From Eremomyces bilateralis CBS 781.70 (Eukaryota), in the NCBI GenBank assembly GCA_010015585.1, contig ML975184.1: a stretch of 64,000 nt of DNA; one strand, 5' to 3'. A program made the translations under genes and the position numbers. The notes under the pieces were generated by a model. It saw nothing but the letters and a program-made list of their open reading frames with translations, was not told where the DNA came from and did no database searches. Of this stretch, positions 25,643 to 36,656 are shown in pieces (within the stretch, counting starts at the first letter, position 1; every line of letters starts with the position of its first letter).

Positions 25643-26162
25643 GCCACGGTGACCTACGGTACGTTCCACGCAATTGGGTCTGAATGTGAGGATGAAACTA
25701 GAGAGAACCCGTGGCGCCACTCCAAGTGCCGAATGCCCCTGTGGTGGAAGGCCAGGTGCTTCTAGCCATTGTGCTGAGAACATTGAGATCCGAGGCTAGT
25801 AACAACGGTGAGACAGGTAACAAGTAGGGTAACAGTTGTGTCACGAGCACCATCTTGACTGTGGTTACAGACTTACAGATGGATTGATCCGATTATGAAT
25901 CGCGGATGACGGAGTGATGAAAATGGCTGTGGCTGTGGGGATCGTACAGGTAAGGCTGCAAGGCTGTAAGGCGGTAATAACCCGACGCGTTCAACTTCTA
26001 TTTCCACGCGTTCATGAATATTACACTCATGAACATTACGGAGTACACTGATAAATATTACACTAATGGAGGTATCGTGATTAGTGTAGTAGCGACACAC
26101 CCTAAGCATTCTGTACTTCTACATCTTAGCTGATTGTGGAAATCAATTCCCTCATCATATGA

Positions 26163-27692
26163 ATGGTCCGGGGCCTCCATTCCGCATCTTCTCGTCTAAC
26201 ATCCCGACTCTCCACACAGCCAACAGGCGCCATGTCCGAATCACGAACGAGATCACGAACACGACCGCAACGTGCCCCAACACGCCCTATCCCCAATGAA
26301 GGCAACATATACACATACGCAAAGCGACCACGTCTGCACCAGCAACACTTCAACTCACCGAAACGCGCCGTCAAGCGCCCGCGATTGTCCCGGACACCCT
26401 CGAGCCTCGACCGGCAACAGACACTGACCCAACTTTTCGACCCCACTGAGGATGTTCAAGACTCCGAGCTCGAAAGTGACGGTCTGGCAGAAATGGGTGA
26501 CGCAGATGTGGACGCAGACACGGAGGAACCCGCAATGCTCCCTCCGAAGTCAAAGAAGAGGAAAAGGGGGAAGTTCGACACGAAGACGGAGAGCCAGAAT
26601 ACGCTGACGCAGCTGAACTTCGTTAATTTGCTAGGGCGGCCATTCCCGAAAGAGGAGGATGACGAGGATGATATCATCTGGCGGGTCCCAGAGAGTCCAG
26701 AGAAAGACGAGCGTTCTCTGCCGGCTCGGGGACGCACTGAATCACGAAAAAGATCGAGACCAAACAGCAAGATATCAAAAGCAACATCCAGTCTCTCCCC
26801 TCCTCCGACGTCGACGAAGGAGCGTACGCAGCGCCGCCGCGTTGCGCTGAGCTCGACCTCTGGAAATTCCGCGCCTCCTCGTAGCCGCCCCCCAACGAAA
26901 CCCGGCACTCCCTCCTGCAAGAAGAGAAAAGTGGCAATTCAATCCCCCGAGCCTGAACCCAAACCCCTCACTCCAATTCCATCCTCTCCCACGCAACGAG
27001 ACCCATTGCCAACTAATAATACCTCCGGCAACACTCAACCGTCACACGCGCGCATCCACAAAGGAGTCGTCTACATTCCCGACTCCGAAGACTCCGAAGA
27101 ATCACCGTTCTCTAGTCCGGAGAAGCAGATGCGGCGGCTGGAGTCGTGGGAGCAGCAGGACAAGTTTCCGTCGTCCTCGCCAGGGGGGACATGGGCTGGG
27201 GCGGAGGGCCAGCCGGCAGTTGAATCCGCACAGCAGCGTCAGCGGCAGCTAGGGTTGGCGGGAAATAGTACCAGGACCGGAGTTCTACCGTATGGTGATC
27301 GGCTGACGAGAAACGCGGGCGGTCGAGGGGTTGTGGCGGATGGGAACCGGTGTCTTGGGGGTGACAGATCTGCGTCGGACGCAGTGGCAGTGGCGGGGTT
27401 TCTTCGGTCTAGCAGAGGTGGAGGAGAGGGTAGTGAGTCGGAGACGGTGCTCGTGCCTAGGTCGCAGCAAGATGAAGATTTCGCGTTCCGTTATGAAAGT
27501 CGGAGTGAGGATAAAGCTATGATGGATGATGGGGCAGAGCTCTTGTTGGCGGAGCTGGACTATGGGGATCTCCGCGCGGGTGTGAATGTGGGTGGATTCA
27601 GGCGGAGATGTCTGGCGGAGCTGCTCTCGGAGTGGATGGATGATACGGTGATTCCTCTTCCGCCAATGTTAGCGTCGGATGCCGTGATGTGA
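26163..27692 (+). CDS. Hypothetical, largely disordered, probably nuclear protein with two QxTLTQL motifs
   Basis: 509-aa ORF (alternative ATG 26232). Basic NLS-like PKSKKRKR, plus RQQTLTQLF and SQNTLTQLNF. Confidence 0.7.
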   Translation: MVRGLHSASSRLTSRLSTQPTGAMSESRTRSRTRPQRAPTRPIPNEGNIYTYAKRPRLHQQHFNSPKRAVKRPRLSRTPSSLDRQQTLTQLFDPTEDVQDSELESDGLAEMGDADVDADTEEPAMLPPKSKKRKRGKFDTKTESQNTLTQLNFVNLLGRPFPKEEDDEDDIIWRVPESPEKDERSLPARGRTESRKRSRPNSKISKATSSLSPPPTSTKERTQRRRVALSSTSGNSAPPRSRPPTKPGTPSCKKRKVAIQSPEPEPKPLTPIPSSPTQRDPLPTNNTSGNTQPSHARIHKGVVYIPDSEDSEESPFSSPEKQMRRLESWEQQDKFPSSSPGGTWAGAEGQPAVESAQQRQRQLGLAGNSTRTGVLPYGDRLTRNAGGRGVVADGNRCLGGDRSASDAVAVAGFLRSSRGGGEGSESETVLVPRSQQDEDFAFRYESRSEDKAMMDDGAELLLAELDYGDLRAGVNVGGFRRRCLAELLSEWMDDTVIPLPPMLASDAVM

Positions 27693-28241
27693 GATGACGC
27701 CGGTGTTTATGGTTTAGATATTCAGTACCGTAGTTACTACCTGTTTCTCACGAAGCTGTCACGATGCAGATGAAATTTAAGATATTCTCTTCATTCCATT
27801 TTTTAGAACAGCTATCACTGCCTCCGGTACCTATGGTATGTTACTGCTGCGGCTATGCATTAAGCCCATCCACCCTAAAACCCCAAATCTAACAACAGGA
27901 AGCCCCAGAATTGAATTCAACCCAGCAGAAAAAACCCCCAGCAAATAATTTTCCTGGAATAGCAATAAAGCAACTCCAGCAAGCCCGTATGCTTTTTTAA
28001 GGGTGGTGCGAGTGACGCCGGTGTCATGGTATCTGCCTGTCTCGTCCTCATCATGCATTGGGAGACCCAAACCGGTTGCCGTACTGTATCAAAACGCCAT
28101 GCTAATATCAATGCCCGATCGCTGTCCTGGATCGTTCTAAGAAATGTGCCTGTGCATGCCTATGCTCTGTGATTGGGCCATGGAGTCGAAATCTCCGCGT
28201 GAATTGCCGGTGTCGGCCGCGTATTTCTCCCGACAACGGGT

Positions 28242-31200
28242 TTATGCGTCCTTCATCACTTCGTCGTGTATGGCGCGGGTGGGTTCATCTTCGTGAGTGC
28301 GTCCGTCTTCGCGGCTAGGTTCGTCTTCGCGGCTAGGTTGGCCTTCGGCGGTGGGTTGACCTTCNNNNNNNNNNNNNNNNNNNNNNNNNNNNNNNNNNNN
28401 NNNNNNNNNNNNNNNNNNNNNNNNNNNNNNNNNNNNNNNNNNNNNNNNNNNNNNNNNNNNNNNNNNNNNNNNNNNNNNNNNNNNNNNNNNNNNNNNNNNN
28501 NNNNNNNNNNNNNNNNNNNNNNNNNNNNNNNNNNNNNNNNNNNNNNNNNNNNNNNNNNNNNNNNNNNNNNNNNNNNNNNNNNNNTGGGTTGACCTTCGAC
28601 GTTGGGTTGACCTTCGACGTTGGGATGACCTTCGACGTTGGGATGACTTTCGACGTTGGGCTGACTTTCGACGTTAGGTTGACCTCCGACGTTGGGTTGG
28701 CCCTCCAAGTTGGCGGAAGAATTGACACTGCGGTGATCTTCGACGTTGATTTGGCCTTCGCCGATACCCTCGCGTTCATGATTGCGTTCGGCTTGGCGAT
28801 TGCGTTCGGCTTGGTGATGGCGCTCGGCTTGATGATGGAGTTCGGCCTGGTGATGGCGCTCGGCTTTTTGACGAAGTTCGGCTCGGTGATTGCGTTCGCG
28901 TTCGTCCATGTATCCCATCGCTTCGTCGTCGGACGAGATGTCCGAATCACTCAACGGCTCGAATCCATGTTCTTCCATGTCGTCCGGTGAATCCACGGTA
29001 ACCTGTCCCGTGGCCCTTGCGCCAACCGTCTGCCCATAGTGATGCTGATCCGCTCCTTGGCCCATACCCGCAGCACCACTCGAACCCGACACGGCTACGG
29101 CCTCCACATCGCCTTTCATCTGCTCCACCAATTTCTCCGCCTCCTTCTCCGCCGCGCCGCCATTCAGGCTCGCCTGCTGCGGCCCCACCTGTCCGGGCTG
29201 GCCTGCCTTGCTCTTATTGAACACGTTCCGAATGACCTTGACCAGTTCGTTCTCCAGCTGCGTGAGGCCCGGGATTGGTAGCGGCTTGTCATTGAAGCTC
29301 TCCGCCATCGCGTGGTCGACTTCCCGCAGGCTTTGGCTCGGGTGGTTCGTGCTATTCTTCACGTACCAGTTGCGGAAGTTCAGGAACCCGACCGCTGTGT
29401 AGTCGGGGAACGTGACACCGAAAAGTCGGAAGAACTGGAGGGACGGGTTCGGAAAGCCGTCGATGGGGGGTGCGAGGTCAGGTTGAATGTGCGGACCTTG
29501 GAAGGGGAGGAGGTGGTTGGTTGAGGCGATGTTCGGAGTCGGGCGGGCCGGAGGTGGGGGTAATGGGCCGGAGGAGGAGGCGTGGGGTGCGAAATGGGGT
29601 GGAGGATGCTGGGCGGGAGGGGGATAATTGTGGTAGACTCTTTGGGGGTATGGGGAGTTTTGAGAGTACGGTGAGCGGTAAGGTTGTCCAGGTCGTGATG
29701 GAGTGCCTGGAGTAGCATCTGGTGCGCTGTCGAGGTGGAGGCTGGCCGGGGGTAGAGGAAGAGCACGCAGTGGTGCCGGACTCGTCTGGACGACGAACAT
29801 CAACTTCTCGTCTGGTGCCACAGGTCGTGGGCCATTGATCCGAGGATTTGGCAACGTTTCTTCTGCACGTCGCTTCCGGTCCTTATCGAATGGTTCGTTT
29901 GGATCGATGCCCCAGAGCCAGCCCTTCCCGTCTTTCTCCACTTTGCGGAAACAAGGATGTTGCGCAAGATTGTGTCGCACACTACTTTGCCAACCATTTC
30001 CATCGACGGAGAATTTATAGTGTGGGTAGCGCATCATAATCCGCTTGTAGATGGACTTCAGGTTCAACGGCTGGGTGGAGGCGCTGAGGACTTCGTAGAT
30101 GATCACGACGTAGGGTTTGCTTGGGGCCTTCAGCTGCTCGGGGGTGTAGTCCGCGAGGCGCATCTCGGGAGATGGAGACCGCTCGCGTTTGGGCGGCTTG
30201 TCGACTTTCGGAATATACCCAGCGGGTTTCTCCACGGGTGGACGAGGTTCACGTGGGTGCTCCTCGTCGGCCTCATTTCCTTCGTCATGGTCACTATCCA
30301 ATCGCTCGGGTGCTGGGGTCACTTCATTGGGATCCAGGCCTTGCTCTTCGCGACGCTTTCGCTCCTTGTACTCTCGCAGCAATTGTTGTTTCTCGCGTTT
30401 CGACAGGAATTCTTTTGAGGGCCGACCTGGTCCACGGGGCCGAGCGGGGATGACGATGCCGATGGGAAGCCCTGGGACATGAACATCGACGCCATTGACT
30501 AGATCACGTTCACGAGAAATGTTTTCGGTGGATGGCAGCATCGCGCTGGGTGAGGCAGCATCACTCTCGTCTGGTGGACTGGACACCGGCTCCTCAGGTG
30601 ACTTGACTTTCGGAGGTGCTGGGCGGCCATTGACCTTGGTCGTGATCTTCAGATTCTTCTTCAACGCCTCTTTCTTCTGCGCTTTCGTCTGCTGCTTCTG
30701 GGGTGCCTGTTTCTCCTGCTTCTCCAGGGCCGTCGATGGCTTTGTCTTGCCGCCTTTGTGCTTCCACCGCGGATCGTGTGTCGGCGGCTTCTCTGGCTCT
30801 TTCTCCTTGATTCGAAGCTTCAGAGGAGGCTTCGCCGGTTTCTTGGTGTATTCGACTTCTCCAGGGGACTCGCTGTCCTCATCTTCCATATCCTCATCCT
30901 CGTTGTCGACCCCATGCTGATCGAGGTCCTCGTCATCATCAAACTCGGCTTGTGAGCCATAGTAATAGTACTCCGGCTGCTCGTATTCTTCTTCGGACTC
31001 TCCGGAGATGTGTGTGTCGATCTCATTCCCTTCCTCGTCTTCAAAGCTGACGCTCATCTTCTCGCTCCGGTTATCATCTTGAACCGTATTCTCCGGCAAT
31101 ATGAAGGAGATCCTAACACCGCCAATTTGCATAATATTACCGCTTTCCAGGACCCTGTCGTCACCTCGTTCGAGGTGAACGCCGTCCAAGAAGGCACCAT

Positions 31201-32215
31201 TAATTCCCAGGACCTCCATTCTCCAAACCTGCTCGGAGATGCTGAAGTATATGGAGAGGTGCTTTCGTGAGATGGCTCCGTGGGATTTCTCGTTGGGCCC
31301 TACCGGGTTGTGAACCGGAACAAATGGCTCTTCGTTGGGGTCGGCGGCAAAGCTCGAGAAGTCGGGAGGGAACTCGCTTGTATGGTTGATGGTGGTGCCG
31401 TTTCGTTTGTCCAGTTGCGCGTCGGCCGCGACACTCGGGGCCAACGGATGGTAAAACTCATGAGTGAGGTTGGCCCCGTCGGAGTTGATGGAATCCTGCG
31501 ACTCGGAGGCGGCATGCCTTGAGCGACGGCTCTTCAGTGCCATTAAGGAGTCGGCAGACGGACCGACGATGCCTCCGCTCTCGCTGATTTGACTTTGTGC
31601 AGCGCTCATCTGCCCCGAGTGACCTCCATTCCCTAGGTCCCTGGCGATCGCCTGGAGAGCATCCTCATTCGAGTTTTCTCTGGATTTGCTCTTGAGCATC
31701 TTATATAGTCTCAAGTCTCGGCCAATATAAACGCGCTTGGTGTTGATATAAAAGTTGCCGTCCGGGAAGCCAAGTTTCGCGAACGCCATAATGGTCTGCG
31801 GGTGCGGAGTGGAATTGCCGCCATGGTGACCATCGCTCGATTGGATGGAGGCGAAGTTATTCGGATCGAATGAGTTGATTCCCGGACTTACTCCCGCGAG
31901 AGCATGGCTGAGCGCTCCGTGCAATGTTCCATCGGTCAATGCGCTTGCGCCTGCCTGGCCAAGGGCTAATGCGGCGGGGTGAACACTACTGGGGGTTTGA
32001 GGCGGCTCCTGTTCGACCGACTGGGGGTTGAGGTCCCAGTTGGCGATGGTCGAGGGTTCGACCGGAAGGTTATGCAGCATATCGAGGGTTGGTCCTGGAA
32101 TTGCCGCGCTGGAGTCGGGATATATGGTGTCGCCATCAGTGGCCATGGTAGTGTCGACACCGTCGGTGTTCAGATGTGAAGGTACTTGAATCGGATGTGA
32201 GGCGAGTAGAGACAT
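28242..32215 (-). CDS. FHL1: FHA plus forkhead transcription factor, Fhl1-like
   Basis: FHA: AFAKLGFPDGNFYI...IGRD...ISRKH...NGAF. Forkhead: KPYVVIIYEVL...WQSSVRHNL...FRKVEKDGKGWLW. The stop is placed at 28242 using the repeat frame after the N gap. Confidence 0.85.
28300..28900 (-). repeat. Coding 18-bp tandem repeats (QAERHH, then NVEGQP) spanning a 220-N assembly gap (28365-28584)
   Basis: Repeated gggttgaccttcgacgtt units lie on both sides of the N run. Confidence 0.9.
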
Positions 32216-33247
32216 TTCGAGAAATGGGTCATTGTCAGGGCTCCGGGGGTGCGATTGTTGGTCGGATTGTTCGCCGTGATCGGTCCTTTCCTCTCAATCG
32301 GGCGAGTCCTCAGTCTCTTCCTCACTAGGACCTATCACTTCTCTGCGACTGCTGGTGAGGGTCGTCCCGCGGTGATCGCGTCAACCAATGAAGGACAAGT
32401 CGTGAAGCCACAGTAGTTAAGGTGTCTTTTGCGTAGCTTGAGAAGACAACGGTGTCCTCGTGTGGATTGCGTGGGTTGTTGCGCGTGAATTGGCTAAGTA
32501 TGGGTGGGTTGTCTGGATTGTCGGGATGGACTGGAGGGACGCAAACTGCTGCGGGCGGCGATTGTTGGCCTTGGGCCGTTGGGCGGAAGGCGGGAAAGGG
32601 AAAATTTGCGGGGGTCACCACTGCTGGTGTCCACTGCTAGTGTCCGGTTTCCAATATGCTCAGGCCGTGTTCCTTGTCGACGGTGCCCAACCGAACTTGC
32701 ATTCAGTTGCCTGTCGCGGTGATGGTGAGGGGAGATCGGGATTGCCTTGAATCTGCTGAAGGAATCGAGTTGGATGCGGTAAATGACGGATGTGCTGGTA
32801 ATGCAAAAGCTGCGAACCAGGGCGGAACTAGCGGGAAAGGACAGCGGAATGGATTAGGGCGGGGCGGAAGTCCGGTATTGAGAATTATAGGCTTGGCAAA
32901 GAGTACCAAGAATTCATGGCGGAGCTCAAGCATCCGAGAAATCGGGCACGAACGTCCGCATGCAGTACATCCAGTCTTGTGATTCATCATTGATCACAAT
33001 ATTAATGGATCCTGCATCTGATTGTTCTTTTACAACCTACATCCCCAGCTCGAGCAGACAGGGTTGTATTGTTACCTAGCGAGCACTGTGTATTTCTTCA
33101 CGTTTCCGTTCGTCCAAATTCCTTTGCGCGAAGACGTCCATGTGTTTGGTTCCTGGTACGATCGGTTTGGTTGCTGAAAGTTGATCCATCGATTTGCCTC
33201 ATTTCCAAAGGGAAATCCAATTATCTAATATATTCCATGGTTCCAGA

Positions 33248-34042
33248 ATGCCACCCAAAAAGAGCAAGGTCAAAAGTCACGATGGTTCAACCGGCTCAGC
33301 GGCCCAAAAGCAACCGAAATATCCTGTCGATTGGCCGCAATTAAACTCCAAGCGCGGATATCATGACCAAAATTTAAGTTTACATCAACTTGTCCCTGGC
33401 CAGATCATTACAATTCCACGGTTTTGGGATCCTGCCCTCTGCAAAGCGTACTTGCAGTTCCTCCCAACCCTCCCCCTCATCACCACCCCGGGAAAGCCGC
33501 GCAAAGGTGACGCGGTTCGAGTGAATGATCGCTTTCAGATCGACGACGCTCAATTTGCGGAAAAATTATGGTTGGAGACTCCATTGAGGGGTCTCATCAC
33601 GGGTACAGGCGAGTCATCTGGGAATGAGATGAGTCCGGAACAGCGACGCGAGCTCTTCGGAGGGGAAGTCGTTGGCTTGAACCCGAATATTCGAATATAC
33701 AGATACACGAAGGGCCAATTCTTCGACTGTCATTACGATGATTCCAACCTGGTCACGATTCCTGGAGACCCTTCGATTCCAGCTCGAACTACATGGACCC
33801 TTCTTCTATACCTGACTTCTTGCTCGGGAGGGGAGACTGTATTTTACCCATCCAGCGAGTCGACGTCGAAGAAGAACAAGTCTTCCAAAGGAGAAGCTCC
33901 TCTGCAGCCGGTCTCCATCGCCCCCGATGCTGGCCTGGCACTTTTGCATCGACATGGTGCAGACTGCATGCTGCATGAAGGTCGAGAAGTGTCAGGTGGA
34001 GAAAAGTGGGTCATTCGGAGCGATTTGTGTGTGAGGAGATGA
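33248..34042 (+). CDS. 2OG-Fe(II) dioxygenase, prolyl-4-hydroxylase-like domain
   Basis: LNPNIRIYRY...FFDCHYDD (HxD)...WTLLLYL...GGETVF...LHEG (distal His)...KWVIRSD. Likely start MPPKKSK at 33248. Confidence 0.9.
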   Translation: MPPKKSKVKSHDGSTGSAAQKQPKYPVDWPQLNSKRGYHDQNLSLHQLVPGQIITIPRFWDPALCKAYLQFLPTLPLITTPGKPRKGDAVRVNDRFQIDDAQFAEKLWLETPLRGLITGTGESSGNEMSPEQRRELFGGEVVGLNPNIRIYRYTKGQFFDCHYDDSNLVTIPGDPSIPARTTWTLLLYLTSCSGGETVFYPSSESTSKKNKSSKGEAPLQPVSIAPDAGLALLHRHGADCMLHEGREVSGGEKWVIRSDLCVRR

Positions 34043-34114
34043 TTTCCAAATGGCTGTCATAGTCAATGGGCCTATCTAGGTGTCGAACGAATTAAATTGA
34101 GTGGCTTTACGAAC

Positions 34115-35829
34115 TCAGTTCCGCATGACTTCGGTCACTGCCGAAGTCACCATGTCGGGCACTGCACAATTCGCATATGCCTTCTCGATCTCTGCACCGT
34201 ACAGATCCAGCGATCTCTTACGAACCACGGTTCCCTTACTCGCTCGCATGAAAGGACTTGAGGCCGATGTGAACAAGATCAAGCTGCGTTGGACGACCGC
34301 GTGCTTGGGTGCCGCCGTATTAGCGGCCTCCACGGAAGCCAAGATACTATCAAGAACCTCCTTTGCCTGGGCCCAGTTCTCCAAGGGGGTGTCCTTCATC
34401 TCGATCAGAAGCCCAGCAGCCATACGTCCGGTGCCGAATACCAGCGCCTCGGAGACATGGTTATTGAGGCGGACATTCTCCTCGAATGAAAGCGGATTAT
34501 GCTTCGCCCCGCTGGCGAATACAACGAGGTCGTCCGTCCGGCCTTGGAACTTCCAGTGGTTCGGAAGGGTTGGATGTTTGGAGTAAAGATCACTCGACAG
34601 ATATTCCTGGCGATCAGGAAACGTGTTGAAGATGCCTTGAATGCGCGCAGCAGCAGGGGTTTGCACGAAGACCAGCTCGTATCTGCCTGGAGATTGCTCA
34701 CGGAACTCGATACCGCTTGCCTCCGGGTCGTACTCGATGTACTCCCAGTCTTCAGGCTTGTGGATGTATTGCAGCCCAGTCACACCCCCTTCTGTGGATC
34801 CCATGATGGAATAGAGGTTGGTTCGCTTTGACACTAAATTACCCGTGACTTTATCGAGTGGGCCTGTGCCGATGTCAGCGATGCTCGCGTTGGAATTTCA
34901 AATAACGAATACTCACCTCCAGAAAATGATGCCGTGTCCATCCGACCGAGGGCATCTAAGCCGCCTTCCGTCATTGCAATCCCCTGTATTGTCACGGGAG
35001 CAAGGACGGCCCTATACACCTTGCCATGGTTCACCGCATCTATGATTGTCTTTGGGGTGGGCGGACTATCCGGGTGATGCCACACCTGCTCCGACTCGCC
35101 GTAGAAGTTCAATAACGGGCCACCGATGAGGATGCCACCGGTATGCCATGGTGGGAAGTTACAATAATATCGCACTTTCTGGAAAAGCAACGAATATACG
35201 TTGTTCCGACCATCTTCTTTCGGCGGATACGCCCCTAGCTCCCTCAAGGAACTCACAAAACCGTTCGTAAGATTCAAAGTCTTGGGCATGCCTGTGCTTC
35301 CGGACGTATGGACAATCACGAACGGCTCATCCCACACCTCCTCGAACGTCTTCTCGTACGGATACTCCCTCGGAGCCTTCCCGTCCGCCAGGAGCGCATC
35401 CAGCAATGGGACCTGGATGCAGTTCATCTCCTTGTCCCCGAGACATGCCGCGATATCCAACCCTTCGCTATGCAACAAGGTCCCGCACTGTTTCGATTCG
35501 AAGATATGCCGATGCATCTGAGGGCTGTTCCGCGGCGCCGAGTACAACCCAACGAACCCGAGTTTCTTCAACGCAAGCGCCACCCAGTGGTACCGGAAGT
35601 CCCATTTTCCAATGTAGCCGATAGCCTGGTGCGTGGTGCTGCGACCGATTCGGGGCTCCAGAGATTCGCACAGGACGTTCACGGCTCTGGCATATCGCGC
35701 GGCGGTGATAGAACGAAAGCCTTGGTTGATGTCGGTGGAGTGGGGGATGTACGCGACGATGCGATCTGGAGTGGTACGAGCGACATGATCGATTTGGGTG
35801 GTCTGACTGCGTTCATTTTTATAGGACAT
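34115..35829 (-). CDS. AMP-binding adenylation-domain protein of the NRPS-like/carboxylic-acid-reductase clade, with no T or R domain
   Basis: HTSGSTGMPK (A3), MGSTEG (A5), SSDLY (A7), GRTDD (A8), RASKG (A10). Intron 34864-34916. TATA-like ttatatataa at 35941. Confidence 0.85.
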
Positions 35830-36656
35830 AGTGACCACTTGTCTAAAATGTGAAGGAAAATATAAATCGTCGTCTAAGGTATCCAATTGACTTGTGAAAA
35901 CCAGGTAGGATAAGAAATCGACCGGGTTATACACACCCTCTTATATATAATTGAATCACGGCTTGCTTACATCGACGGTCGTCCGCGCCGGGTCTAAATC
36001 GAGAACATCCAATCCACGATAGCACTGTTTCTTTCTTTAATTGACAAATACAACATGGCAAATTCGGAATGGATGCCGTCACAAAGGAATTTCCCTCAAC
36101 TCAGTAAGCATGTGATTAATAGGACTCAAAGAACAGGTAACAGCTTAGAGTGGCTAGGCATCTCCGCATTGGCTCAAAAGAGTTAAAGGAGGGACGATTC
36201 AGCTCTCTCCAGGTGGCTCAACCGGTACCCGATCTACCTATTATGTGGGTAGAGGACATTCGCGGATGATGTTAAGTCTCGTCAATACTAAGAATAGTAT
36301 AGCGCTTCTCGGCCAGACCCTGCTGTCTAATTTTAGCCTTTAGGTATTAATTCATTACTACATGTTGACTACAGGTATGATGGGGTATCCGCGCCCCTGG
36401 TTAGTGGTTTCGTCAGCTGACGCTTACCTCATCCACGATTGTGGACACTAGGGCACGCCCGTCCTCATAAAGTCTTCATGAAATCTAACCCGATTTATTA
36501 GTACGAGTAACAAACGGCTTACGAGTAATGACACACCAACGTCCGATCGGATTGACCACAAGATGGCAAGAATCATCGGCTCACAATGGTCGGGGGTCAA
36601 GGGTCGGGGGTCAAAGGTCGACGATCAGTACTAATATTGATGAGATATTTGAGATA

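Noticed and set aside
28300..28760. CRISPR-like regular repeats
   Set aside because: These are head-to-tail 18-mers with no spacers, inside a eukaryotic CDS, and there are no cas genes.
33248..35829. Secondary-metabolite cluster (oxygenase plus A-domain)
   Set aside because: No backbone T/C/KS domain, transporter or cluster regulator is present, and the neighbours are housekeeping genes.
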